33,148 bases of DNA, taken from NCBI GenBank assembly GCA_030747675.1, contig JASLKH010000066.1, positions 1 to 33,148 of the forward strand, in the 5' to 3' direction. The notes below the pieces were generated by a model that saw nothing but the letters and a program-made list of their open reading frames with translations, was not told where the DNA came from and did not search any database. Numbering within the stretch: the first letter of the stretch is position 1; each line of letters begins with the position of its first letter. This document shows positions 8,978-18,127 of this stretch, in pieces. The stretch is from Candidatus Thalassarchaeaceae archaeon (GTDB lineage: Archaea; Thermoplasmatota; Poseidoniia; Poseidoniales; Thalassarchaeaceae). Made by a program: the position numbers and the translations under genes.

Positions 8978-11900
8978 ATGAGCACACGCTATGTCCAAGC
9001 AATTTTACTGACATCAATTATGGTTTTAATGTCGTTAAGTGGTATGTTTGAGAATAGAGAACAAGAGTCAGAATCAGAAGAATTGTTGATCATAGAAGAA
9101 CCAAAATATGCTGCAACTAGCCCCGGGCACACCGTTTTTGCAGAATATGTTGGTGCTGATTGGTGTCCACCGTGTCAAAACGGTGGTTCGCCTTCCATGC
9201 ATGCTTTGAAAACTAATTTCCCTTCAGAGTTTACATATCTATCATACTTTGAATCAGGAGGTGCAGGAGTCCCTGACCCTCTTAATCGTCGAAGTCATGT
9301 GATGTACGATAGCACTGGTATTCCAACTGCATCCTTTGGAGATGCAAATACGGGTACTTATCACCCATCTGGAGCATCTACAGGAACTTCTGCTTATGAT
9401 TCTCAGTTTTCATCAGGTGGAGACATGAAAAATGTCAATGATTACTCAATATCACTTACCCAAACCGTGAATGGTGCAAATATGGACATTGATGTGACAG
9501 CCACCTATCTGGGTTCAGCCAGTAGTGTAACAGTGTATGTTCTTGCAGTAGTGACTGAAGAAACATGTCCTGATACCTACAACGATGGTACGACCCACCC
9601 TCACAATGTTATCAAGAAATGGTTACTTAATTCAGGGAACAATGGATTCCAATCACTGCAACTCAGTCCAAACAATCCAGTCACAACATCTTGGCAAGAA
9701 CCAATCAGCACAGTCCGGTCGTATGGTAGCGCTAGCGCGGCACAAAATTTCAACACAGTTGTTGCACTCATGAATGGGCCACATAGCACTTACAACGATG
9801 TTTTCGTGGCAACGGACGCTATGATGAATCCAATGGATTTGTCCGTGACTGGTTTGACAGTAACCAATAACGATGCAACTTATGACGGATTCCTTGCTCA
9901 AGATATACTAAGTCTTGAAGCAACTGTTGAAAATACAGGTACTGAAGATTATTCTGCTGGGGGCTCGATTCAATTATACCATGTCGATGGTGCTACAGAA
10001 AATCCAATTGGTCAATCCGTATCTCTAAACAATCTCAATGTAGGCCAAACACAATCAATCAGTACTCAGTTTGATACAACAGGTATCCAGATGAATCCAA
10101 ATGGGAAGGAAACGTTTCGAGTCAGAATGATGGGCACCACTGGTGAAAATGATCCGGTTGCAAATAACCGTCTTGATGTGCAGGTGGATCATGATTACTC
10201 CCCATCAACCGATACACCAGTTGCAGATGGACAAACATCGATAGCACGCGGCTCTGAATTAGATTTTGATGTTACCGGCAATGCACGAGATGCAATTGAC
10301 ACACTCGAAACCATGACCCCTGAATTTGAGACCTCACCTACTGGCCTGGACACATGGTCGTCTGATTGGGTTATTGCTCCCTCATCAGTTACTGCTCCAG
10401 GCACTCCTTCGGCACGTTATGTGTTTACGGTTGATCCTATACAAACGGCTGCGAGTGGAGATTATGATGTTCGTGCTAGACTTACTGACTCTCGTGGTCA
10501 GCAAAGTGATTGGTCTTCAGCCATAGGTGCATTCAGTTTGGAGAACGGCTTACCAATTGTAGTTGATCCGACACAACCGGAAAACACTCCTCCTAGTTGT
10601 TCCGCATTCCCTGGAGCCCCACAGGTGAAAGTTGATACTAACGAATTTGTATCTATATCTGGACTTGTTTGCGATGCCGAAACTCCTCTAAGTGATTTGC
10701 AAATTAATAGCCAAGACCCAGCTTTCATTGATTATCATTCAAATAATCAAACACTTGAAGTTAAATTCACTTCAATGCAATGGGATAGCAATTCCAATCC
10801 ACTACCACAGGGAATTAGTTTAACAATTTCTGATGGTGAAGATTCCAATACAGGTACATTGTTCTTTGACGTTATTGAAAATGGTCAACCACGCTGGTCA
10901 AGTGTACCAGCACAATCATTTGACGAGGGTATTGGTAATGGTGTATCTATTTCACTTGCGAATTCAATCACAGATACAAGTGCCCAAGGAACACCGACAA
11001 GCATCATGGGGATTTCTATTACTGTTGAGAAAATAGAGCCACAAGGAGTGATTAGTGGTGAAATTTTTGCAGGAGCAAGCCAAACATTAACCCTAACCGC
11101 AATTGATGATGATGCATATGGAACGGTTGTAGTCACAGTTCGTGCGACCGATTCTGATGGGCAATGGAGCGAGACAGATATTTTCGCCCAGGTGAATAAT
11201 GTAAATGATGCTCCTCGTTTTGATTCCACTGGGCTAGACAACCTCATGGTCCAAAAGGACAAAGATTTGAATCTTGAATTAAAATCTCGCTTTACAGATG
11301 TAGATAATGATGATAATGAGATCTGGGTGACTACATCCTTCGTTACTCCACCATATGATGGTGAATATTTGAACATGCGTTGGACAGAAGTTGGAATGCA
11401 AACAGTCACAATTACAGCTCAAGATTCAAGTGGTGCATCAGATAGTTGGAATATAGACATCAATGTTGTAGATATGTTACCATTGATATGGAGCACCAAT
11501 GGAACAGACGGCGATATTGATGTTGTAGTGGATGATTTGGCGCTACAAAAAGATCCAACTCTTTATCTTATACAGTTAAGTGAGTTGGAATTGTCAAACA
11601 TAGTGATTGTATGGTCAATCTGTAATTATCAAACTGGAATTTGCACCGACTTCGGAAGTATTGAGATAACTCAAAATGAAATATTGTCAGGATATACATT
11701 CTCTACGGTACGAGATACAGGGAATGGAATGGAAACTTATGATGAGTTGAAACTTCACGTTGAAGCGGATGACACCAGTGGCTTTGATCGAAAATCATCT
11801 GAACTTGGTTTCAAGATTTCAATTGATGATGTAGCCACGGGTGATGGAACAGATGAAATTGATGAGGGAGAAAATCAGGAATCTGAAGACTCTGCAAAGG

Positions 11901-12232
11901 AAAGCAGTGGTGGAATGGATTCAATGGTTTTGGTAGCCCTTATTTCTCTTGTCGTTCTCTTTGCTGTTGCGGGTACATTGGTAACTATGTTACTTCGCGG
12001 TGGACGAGGAAATGCAGAGGAGGCCCCAGTAGACTGGAATGCTGCTTCTTCTGAAACCCCCCTAGCATTTACACCAGTTGCGGCTCCCTCTACTCAATCT
12101 GTACCTGATTACACTCATTTGACACCGGGTGGACAATATGTATCTGGTCATGCAGGTGAAACTGTTTATCTTTCACCAGATGGAACCGCTTGGACAATGC
12201 AAGCCGACAGTTCGTTTATTCGAACATCTTGA
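8978..12232 (+). CDS. Large exported, C-terminally membrane-anchored protein: thioredoxin-like Omp28-related domain (WCPPC), CARDB/Ig-like and cadherin-like domains
   Basis: N-terminal hydrophobic signal; AEYVGADWCPPC; HPHNVIKKWL; LEATVENTG (CARDB-like); Ca-binding-like motifs TAIDDDAY, RATDSDG, VNNVNDAPRF, FTDVDND; TM helix at about nt 11924-11995; short cytoplasmic tail. Confidence 0.8.
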   Translation: MSTRYVQAILLTSIMVLMSLSGMFENREQESESEELLIIEEPKYAATSPGHTVFAEYVGADWCPPCQNGGSPSMHALKTNFPSEFTYLSYFESGGAGVPDPLNRRSHVMYDSTGIPTASFGDANTGTYHPSGASTGTSAYDSQFSSGGDMKNVNDYSISLTQTVNGANMDIDVTATYLGSASSVTVYVLAVVTEETCPDTYNDGTTHPHNVIKKWLLNSGNNGFQSLQLSPNNPVTTSWQEPISTVRSYGSASAAQNFNTVVALMNGPHSTYNDVFVATDAMMNPMDLSVTGLTVTNNDATYDGFLAQDILSLEATVENTGTEDYSAGGSIQLYHVDGATENPIGQSVSLNNLNVGQTQSISTQFDTTGIQMNPNGKETFRVRMMGTTGENDPVANNRLDVQVDHDYSPSTDTPVADGQTSIARGSELDFDVTGNARDAIDTLETMTPEFETSPTGLDTWSSDWVIAPSSVTAPGTPSARYVFTVDPIQTAASGDYDVRARLTDSRGQQSDWSSAIGAFSLENGLPIVVDPTQPENTPPSCSAFPGAPQVKVDTNEFVSISGLVCDAETPLSDLQINSQDPAFIDYHSNNQTLEVKFTSMQWDSNSNPLPQGISLTISDGEDSNTGTLFFDVIENGQPRWSSVPAQSFDEGIGNGVSISLANSITDTSAQGTPTSIMGISITVEKIEPQGVISGEIFAGASQTLTLTAIDDDAYGTVVVTVRATDSDGQWSETDIFAQVNNVNDAPRFDSTGLDNLMVQKDKDLNLELKSRFTDVDNDDNEIWVTTSFVTPPYDGEYLNMRWTEVGMQTVTITAQDSSGASDSWNIDINVVDMLPLIWSTNGTDGDIDVVVDDLALQKDPTLYLIQLSELELSNIVIVWSICNYQTGICTDFGSIEITQNEILSGYTFSTVRDTGNGMETYDELKLHVEADDTSGFDRKSSELGFKISIDDVATGDGTDEIDEGENQESEDSAKESSGGMDSMVLVALISLVVLFAVAGTLVTMLLRGGRGNAEEAPVDWNAASSETPLAFTPVAAPSTQSVPDYTHLTPGGQYVSGHAGETVYLSPDGTAWTMQADSSFIRTS

Positions 12233-12328
12233 GCAATTTTGTTTGGCATTTGAATAACCCTCAAGAGTCCATTTAACACGGACTTTGCATAGTGAATGAT
12301 TAAGAGCGTTCTACAGAGGCCAAGTGCC

Positions 12329-12508
12329 ATGTCTGTTGAGGCTATGGTACAAGGAATGATTGATACACTGAATGACGCACTAAACGATGCGGGTAAGCAC
12401 GACCGCGGTAATTCCGCAGCTGGCACCCGTGTTCGAAAGGCAATGCAGACCATTAAGGGCTGTGCACAGGACGTGCGAAAGCAAGTCCAGTCTGACAAGA
12501 ATGCTTGA
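12329..12508 (+). CDS. Short Hc1 (histone H1-like) family protein, 59 aa
   Basis: GNSAAGTRVRKAMQTIK resembles the GNKAAGTRARK signature of short Hc1-like proteins. ATG at 12329 is preferred to 12296. Confidence 0.7.
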   Translation: MSVEAMVQGMIDTLNDALNDAGKHDRGNSAAGTRVRKAMQTIKGCAQDVRKQVQSDKNA

Positions 12509-12532
12509 TTTCAGTTCAATCTGAACGTTTGT

Positions 12533-12564
12533 GTCCCCGTCTTGACTTTTGTCAAGACGGGGAC
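12533..12564. terminator. Perfect 14-bp stem-loop between convergent genes (probable bidirectional terminator or stabiliser)
   Basis: GTCCCCGTCTTGAC-TTTT-GTCAAGACGGGGAC with T-rich flanks, between the stops at 12508 (+) and 12580 (-). Confidence 0.65.
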
Positions 12565-12579
12565 CTTTCACGTTTCAAA

Positions 12580-14118
12580 TCAACATCTACTTTCGGCACC
12601 AGCCCAATGGTAGACGCGCCATCGTTCATCTATGTCTCCTTGGATTTCAAAATCATCCCAATTTTCGTTTATTTCAGTATCAACTCTGAAATCAAAAATA
12701 ATCCATTCAACACCCTGTAGTGATTCATTACAGCCATCAATTTCTGTTATCCAATCCCCAGAATCTACTCTCCAATGTGCTAGAATATCTGAGTCACTAT
12801 TTGGATCCAGTGTCAATTGCATCGAATACAAACGATGCATTGCTAGAGGAGCAGGGGCGACAAAGAGAATGTGGTCATCTTTTTCGATTTGGTTTGACAA
12901 CTCTTCGCCAATTACTTCCATGCCCCGGGTTCCGGTTGTTGCAAGGTGATACGAATTCAAAACCAACATAATCAATATTGCACCAATTAGCAAAAATTCT
13001 CTTGATTTCTCAGGTTGTATTGAAATTCCCATTTCATCTCTTTCCATCCAAAACCACCACAATGGTATGATAAGTAAGGAAGCATATCTGGGATTATGCC
13101 TAAAAGATTCAGGCCATAATTCAAAGAAGGAGATGTCCAATGAAATTGCTTCTACCATCCACATTGCTGCAATCCATCCAATTATTACACCACTACAGAT
13201 AATGGAACTTAATTGCAATAATGTGATTTTGTTGTTATAATCATATTTTCTGATGAATAATCCCATTCCTGCATAAATGAATATGAATCCACCAGTGATC
13301 CAAGCAATAACCCAGGATTGGACAATATCAATGAAATAATCGTTTATTGAGAAATTAATTTGATATAGCCGAAATATTAGAGTAAGAATTGAGAATGAAA
13401 TGAGAATTAGCCCAATTTTTTTCAGATCAAGTTTGAACTCTTTTTTATCAATTTGAGGCCAAATCAACAGTACAATGAACAAGCCAATTGCATAATATTC
13501 AGGCATCCCCTTCATTGCTAAAGTAATTGCACACAATCCAATTGAACCAATCCACCAAAGAGGTAATTTCTCACTTTTCCTTTGTTTTTCTCCAAGAATT
13601 AATGCTGCAAAAGCCAAGGTCACGAGTAGTAATATTGCTCCTTCTTGATACACTCGACCAGCAGCACGAAACATTGGAGAATATACCGCAGTCAGAGCAG
13701 TTAATCGCAAAGCATCTTCTTCATTCCATAGACTCTTTGTTGTCAAATAGACAGTCAATAAGGAGAGGAACGATGTTGTAACACTCATAAAATGTAACGT
13801 TGTGATTGATGTCCCGAATATAGTGAACCAGGCTTCAATCCAAAGGTGCCATGGCCACCATCGCCCATCAGTAGGTACATCTGAAGGCGTAGATTGATCT
13901 GTTTCTGCAGTCCGTATAGGTCCCCACTCTAAATCCGCATCACCATCATCCATCCCGTCAGTGACCATGGTTGCATGCAAATGTCCATCAAGCCCTACAG
14001 GCATCATTACTGCAGCAAGAACATGCAGAGAAAATCCAACAAGCAATAATCCAAACCAGAATTTTCTTGATGCAAACATTCCATTGAAGTATTTGCTTAA
14101 ACTACTGGCCATGTTCAT
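12580..14118 (-). CDS. Integral membrane glycosyltransferase, GT-C fold (ArnT/PMT-like)
   Basis: First TM followed by an external loop (GLDGHLHA...WWPWHLW), then about 10 hydrophobic segments; YQEG and MKG motifs; NPRY late in the protein; small soluble C-terminal domain. Confidence 0.6.
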   Translation of the reverse strand: MNMASSLSKYFNGMFASRKFWFGLLLVGFSLHVLAAVMMPVGLDGHLHATMVTDGMDDGDADLEWGPIRTAETDQSTPSDVPTDGRWWPWHLWIEAWFTIFGTSITTLHFMSVTTSFLSLLTVYLTTKSLWNEEDALRLTALTAVYSPMFRAAGRVYQEGAILLLVTLAFAALILGEKQRKSEKLPLWWIGSIGLCAITLAMKGMPEYYAIGLFIVLLIWPQIDKKEFKLDLKKIGLILISFSILTLIFRLYQINFSINDYFIDIVQSWVIAWITGGFIFIYAGMGLFIRKYDYNNKITLLQLSSIICSGVIIGWIAAMWMVEAISLDISFFELWPESFRHNPRYASLLIIPLWWFWMERDEMGISIQPEKSREFLLIGAILIMLVLNSYHLATTGTRGMEVIGEELSNQIEKDDHILFVAPAPLAMHRLYSMQLTLDPNSDSDILAHWRVDSGDWITEIDGCNESLQGVEWIIFDFRVDTEINENWDDFEIQGDIDERWRVYHWAGAESRC

Positions 14119-14151
14119 TCCAATACCTATTGAACTTAGATTATGGGGGTC

Positions 14152-15171
14152 CTAGAAATCAAAAAGTGATGATTGTCCTCTTTGTCTCATCCTGCCAGCA
14201 GATTGCATTCGATCTAGTGCTCGTGCAACTCTTCCTTCGCTAAAATCTCGTTCTTCGATTAGATATTGGCGTAAGGCATCTTCATCCACTAATCCCGAAG
14301 ATGGTAAATTCCCACTTGTTGGGTGATTTAAAAACAATTCACGAATCTCATCTAAGCGTTCAGGAATTTCCTTATCTTTCGCTTCACAAATATTTTCAAT
14401 CGTTCCAAATTCTTTTATCAATTTCAATCCAGTTTTAGGACCTATTCCTCTAATACCAGGGTGGAAGTCTGTCCCAATCATGATTCCTAAGTCGACTAAT
14501 TGTGCATATGTAATTTCGTGTTGTTGTAATAGATCGCTCAGAACTATACGTTCAGCAGAAACCATTCTACCGAATTTTTTAGTCCCATGACTTGTTAAAT
14601 TTCGAATCATAATTGGGCTTCCATACAGAAGAACATCCCAATCTTGACTTGCCACTCCAGAGACTAAGCCCTGTCTGCACCAAACACTTGCAGCCCCTTC
14701 TGCTTCCATTGGTGCCTCAATCCATGCGATTCCAAGTAAATTAAGCATATGCTGAGTTTCAAGTACCATTTCAGGAGTATATGATACAACTTGAGCACCT
14801 AGCTTATCAGCGGCTTTCCAATCTTCATCTTCAATCGCTTGCTCCCACTTTTTCACGGCGGCCACTCTTTTTTCCTTCCGACCTGCTAAAGTATCAAATT
14901 TGAGTTCATGAGGCCTACCATCAAAAACAAAAACCGGGTCAATTCCTGCAGCAACTAGTACAGAACATCGATCCAAGATTCCCATCAAGTGAGATACTGG
15001 TCGCCCATGGCTGTCGCGAAGATAAGTTCCATCCCTTCCTTCACCTCGGGCGCGTAAACTCGTGATGAATTGGTATGCTGTGAGAAAAGCGTCAACGGCC
15101 ACTCTTTGACCTGACAAATCATTGAGTTGTATTGGTGTTGGCGAAGCGAGGTCTCTCAGATTACAGCCCAT
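14152..15171 (-). CDS. fen: Flap endonuclease 1
   Basis: MGCNLRDL...VAVDAFLTAYQF, PVFVFDG, EAEGAA, SQDWDVLLYG, GTDFHPGIRGIGPKT (H3TH) and a C-terminal PCNA-binding PIP box QSSLFDF. Confidence 0.96.
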   Translation of the reverse strand: MGCNLRDLASPTPIQLNDLSGQRVAVDAFLTAYQFITSLRARGEGRDGTYLRDSHGRPVSHLMGILDRCSVLVAAGIDPVFVFDGRPHELKFDTLAGRKEKRVAAVKKWEQAIEDEDWKAADKLGAQVVSYTPEMVLETQHMLNLLGIAWIEAPMEAEGAASVWCRQGLVSGVASQDWDVLLYGSPIMIRNLTSHGTKKFGRMVSAERIVLSDLLQQHEITYAQLVDLGIMIGTDFHPGIRGIGPKTGLKLIKEFGTIENICEAKDKEIPERLDEIRELFLNHPTSGNLPSSGLVDEDALRQYLIEERDFSEGRVARALDRMQSAGRMRQRGQSSLFDF

Positions 15172-15180
15172 TGGAGCACC

Positions 15181-16770
15181 TCAAATCTCTTCTAAATCGT
15201 ATAATTCGTCATCCTCATCTTCAAAGTCATCCAGTACATCTTCAAGTTCTTCATCATATTCTTCATCATATTCGCCATATTCTTGGATTGATTTGTGCAC
15301 TTGCCAAAAACCAAATCCTCCCAGAAGTAACCCTACAGCAGTTACGAGAAGAGGATAATATTGCCAAGAGAAATCTTGTCCGATGATTGTACAGTCTTTG
15401 TGTGGAATTGCATACCGAATACTATCAAATCCATTGACTGATACCGTTACAGTTTTGATATCGGGGTCATTTGGATCAGCGTGTTTAGGAACGATGATTT
15501 CTTGATTAGAATTGGGATCTGTTGTATTGATAATTTGAATTTCAGCAAGTACTGCTTGACCAGGTCTCAAATCCTCATGAAATAATGAAAAATATAGTTG
15601 CACGTACTCTTTCCCACGTCGACTGGTTTCAGGATCTTCTAGAATCTTAGAATCACTTTCATAGCCTAGTCCAGAAATTGTTTCACCACGATCAGTCGTA
15701 GTATACACTTCGTCATACTCTGCATATAATGTGAAGGAGTAACCAGCTTTCAACTCATCTCCAAGGAAAGTCCCATCTCGTTCTTCTAATTGCACCAGTT
15801 CCTCAATTGTCCAGACTTTGGGGTCCTCTGGGTCGGCAGCCATTCCAGTAAGGACTGGCCCAGATATTAGAGGAGCAACAAACATTGCCCCTAACAAACC
15901 CATTCCTGTAAGTAGAATTGAAATTTCCTTGTATGGGATTGGGGGCAATAGGGCGAATCCGCCTACAAAAATTCCAATTGAGAACAAGCACCAAAATACC
16001 AATCCGAACCAAGAACTAGTGGCAGCGTCCTCAGTATTGTATCCCGATGCGCTTGCGTAGGGTGATTCATATCCTTCACCTGAATTAAGCCCAGGTATAG
16101 TTTCAACGTATGGCGGTAATACAGGAACATTCATCCATGACTCTCCATTGCCTAAGTACAGTGTATATCCATCAGTAATTCCTTGTGGTTTTTGAAATGT
16201 AATCCTGAGCCCTAAAGTTTCACCCTCAGGTATTTCTTCGATATTATGCCCTAAAAATTCAAAATTATATACTTGATTTTCATCAGGATTATCTATGACC
16301 TGTTGAGCAATATCTTGATTCCCTAATCGAAGAACAATGGTAACTTGTTTCGTGCAACTATCTTGCTCTAAATTACATATAATCGAAAGATGTATTTGCC
16401 CTGAAATAGGAGATGATTTATCCACTGGTATTGGTTCAGCAGGTGGATGAGATCCTTCCCAAGTGAAGGTTCGAGGCCCTCCACCATTGTTTGGGTCTCC
16501 AATGGAATTTACTTCTCCAACGCTATCGTCTGAATCTGAATCACTTGAGGCTGAATGTGTCCACATGGGCCAAGAAGATTGCGCCCCTCCTTGATTATTT
16601 GAGCCATACATTCTCATGATGTTTTGATTATAAGTGAGATTTTTTGATTCATCAGATTGCATCACACCAACATCATGATATTGAGCTGTTACTGGAGAAG
16701 TAAGGGTTAGAGTTGAGAGCAATAGCAAGCCCATCACGGCTAGTAAAGAACACCCCCAACGGCGCGGCAT
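15181..16770 (-). CDS. Hypothetical multi-pass membrane protein with signal peptide and two extracytoplasmic domains
   Basis: ATG at 16770 gives MPRRWGCSLLAVMGLLLLSTLTLTSPVTA (signal peptide), two central TM helices, a C-terminal TM and a very acidic tail. The track extension to 17247 is antisense to trm11 and is rejected. Confidence 0.75.
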   Translation of the reverse strand: MPRRWGCSLLAVMGLLLLSTLTLTSPVTAQYHDVGVMQSDESKNLTYNQNIMRMYGSNNQGGAQSSWPMWTHSASSDSDSDDSVGEVNSIGDPNNGGGPRTFTWEGSHPPAEPIPVDKSSPISGQIHLSIICNLEQDSCTKQVTIVLRLGNQDIAQQVIDNPDENQVYNFEFLGHNIEEIPEGETLGLRITFQKPQGITDGYTLYLGNGESWMNVPVLPPYVETIPGLNSGEGYESPYASASGYNTEDAATSSWFGLVFWCLFSIGIFVGGFALLPPIPYKEISILLTGMGLLGAMFVAPLISGPVLTGMAADPEDPKVWTIEELVQLEERDGTFLGDELKAGYSFTLYAEYDEVYTTTDRGETISGLGYESDSKILEDPETSRRGKEYVQLYFSLFHEDLRPGQAVLAEIQIINTTDPNSNQEIIVPKHADPNDPDIKTVTVSVNGFDSIRYAIPHKDCTIIGQDFSWQYYPLLVTAVGLLLGGFGFWQVHKSIQEYGEYDEEYDEELEDVLDDFEDEDDELYDLEEI

Positions 16771-16852
16771 AGACACGGGCAGAGGTGCGACCGTTATAGG
16801 ATTGAAGGCGGAGGGTGTGCTGCGGAGCAGCACAGGTGCCTGCACGAGATGA

Positions 16853-17992
16853 GTGGTGAAAACGTTGCACGAGGAAGCAATTGTCATCGGTGCTGGTTGG
16901 CACCCAACATTGTTTCGAGAGGAAGCACAGGCCTTGCTCGGAAATACATTCAAAATTATACATTCACATGCATTAATGATGTCAAAAAAAGATGCGAACA
17001 AATTTTCTAATAGGTCAAGTTTGGTTACAGAAGTTTTGAATCCTGCAGGGTTTGTTAATTTGAAAGATGCACCAACAATTTCTGAAGAAATATCTTCAGC
17101 ATTTCTTTCTCTCAATTTGCCTGTAGAGAAAATTGCAGTTCGTGTGGACAGATCGGGGGATAAACCAGTAACATGGTCAAGTCGAGAAATCGCAGGTCTC
17201 GTTGGTTTCCATCTTGTCGAAGCTGGCTGGCCAATTGATTTGAGCAATCCAGAAATAGTTCTACGGATCCATTTGCTTGCTCCTTCCGAATCTACTTCTT
17301 ATCCGGATACGGTAAATGCTGAAACTGTAGTTTCTTGGGGTATTACAATTTTCGAGGGAGATAATTGGAGCGAGCGCACTGCTCCAAACCGCCCATTTTT
17401 CAAACCAGTTAGCCTTGATCCAAAATTAGCCAGAGCCATGGTAAACCTTGCTTGTCCTAAAGGAAAGGATTTGTTAGACCCATTTTGTGGAACTGGTGGT
17501 CTTGTGATTGAAAGTATCCTATGTGGCCTTGACTCATATGGTAGTGATCTAGCATGGCCTATGGTAACCGGTACACGCCAAAACTCAGAATGGGCACAGA
17601 GTACTATGAATGGCACAGGTTCTTTCGAAGTACGTAATGGATCAGCAGTAGAATTAGCCAGTGTCTGGAATGACATTGCGGCATTTGGAAGTTTTGCATT
17701 TGACCCTCCATATGGCCGAAATGCTTGGAAATCAGAAGATGGGTTTGATTTGCTCAAGGGTTCATTGAAATCATGTTCACAGGTGGCTAAAGAGAATGCA
17801 CGTCTTGTTACTTTGATTCCCTGGTCACCAGAATCAATAGCACAACCGATTGAAAGTGGAATTTCTTTTGGCCAAAGTTGGTGTGAAGTTGCTAAGGCTT
17901 TCGAGGCTGTGGGTTGGTCAATACTTAGTACCCACGAGATTCGTGTTCATAGAAGCCTAGCGAGACTGCTAGTTATTGCAGAAAAAGAGTGA
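16853..17992 (+). CDS. trm11: THUMP-domain tRNA methyltransferase, Trm11/TrmG10 (m2G10) family
   Basis: FFKPVSLDPKLARAMVNLA, LLDPFCGTGG (SAM binding), FDPPYGR and C-terminal RVHRSLAR; N-terminal THUMP-like region. Confidence 0.82.
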   Translation: MVKTLHEEAIVIGAGWHPTLFREEAQALLGNTFKIIHSHALMMSKKDANKFSNRSSLVTEVLNPAGFVNLKDAPTISEEISSAFLSLNLPVEKIAVRVDRSGDKPVTWSSREIAGLVGFHLVEAGWPIDLSNPEIVLRIHLLAPSESTSYPDTVNAETVVSWGITIFEGDNWSERTAPNRPFFKPVSLDPKLARAMVNLACPKGKDLLDPFCGTGGLVIESILCGLDSYGSDLAWPMVTGTRQNSEWAQSTMNGTGSFEVRNGSAVELASVWNDIAAFGSFAFDPPYGRNAWKSEDGFDLLKGSLKSCSQVAKENARLVTLIPWSPESIAQPIESGISFGQSWCEVAKAFEAVGWSILSTHEIRVHRSLARLLVIAEKE

Positions 17993-18063
17993 GCGGTGCA
18001 GGATTCGAACCCGCGTCGACGGGTCCGAAGCCCGTCAGGATATCCAGGCTACCCTAACCGCCC
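17990..18063 (-). tRNA. tRNA-Arg (anticodon TCG)
   Basis: Cloverleaf: acceptor GGGCGGT/ACCGCTC, anticodon arm ACGGG-CTTCGGA-CCCGT, T-loop GTTCGAATC. No intron; CCA not encoded. Confidence 0.96.
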
Positions 18064-18127
18064 ATTAGCAATCGGGACGCAGCCCCTCTTTCAATTCGAC
18101 GGAGGAATCAAATCCCTATTTAGGATA

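Noticed and set aside
10885-11409. 174-aa minus-strand ORF and other short ORFs within the surface-protein gene
   Set aside because: Antisense or alternate-frame shadows of a coherent 1084-aa CDS.
12166-12498. 110-aa Cys-rich minus-strand ORF
   Set aside because: It overlaps both the Hc1-like gene and the end of the surface protein on the opposite strand and has no family motif.
16771-17247. 159-aa N-terminal extension of the 688-aa ORF
   Set aside because: It is antisense to trm11, and the signal peptide begins at ATG 16770.
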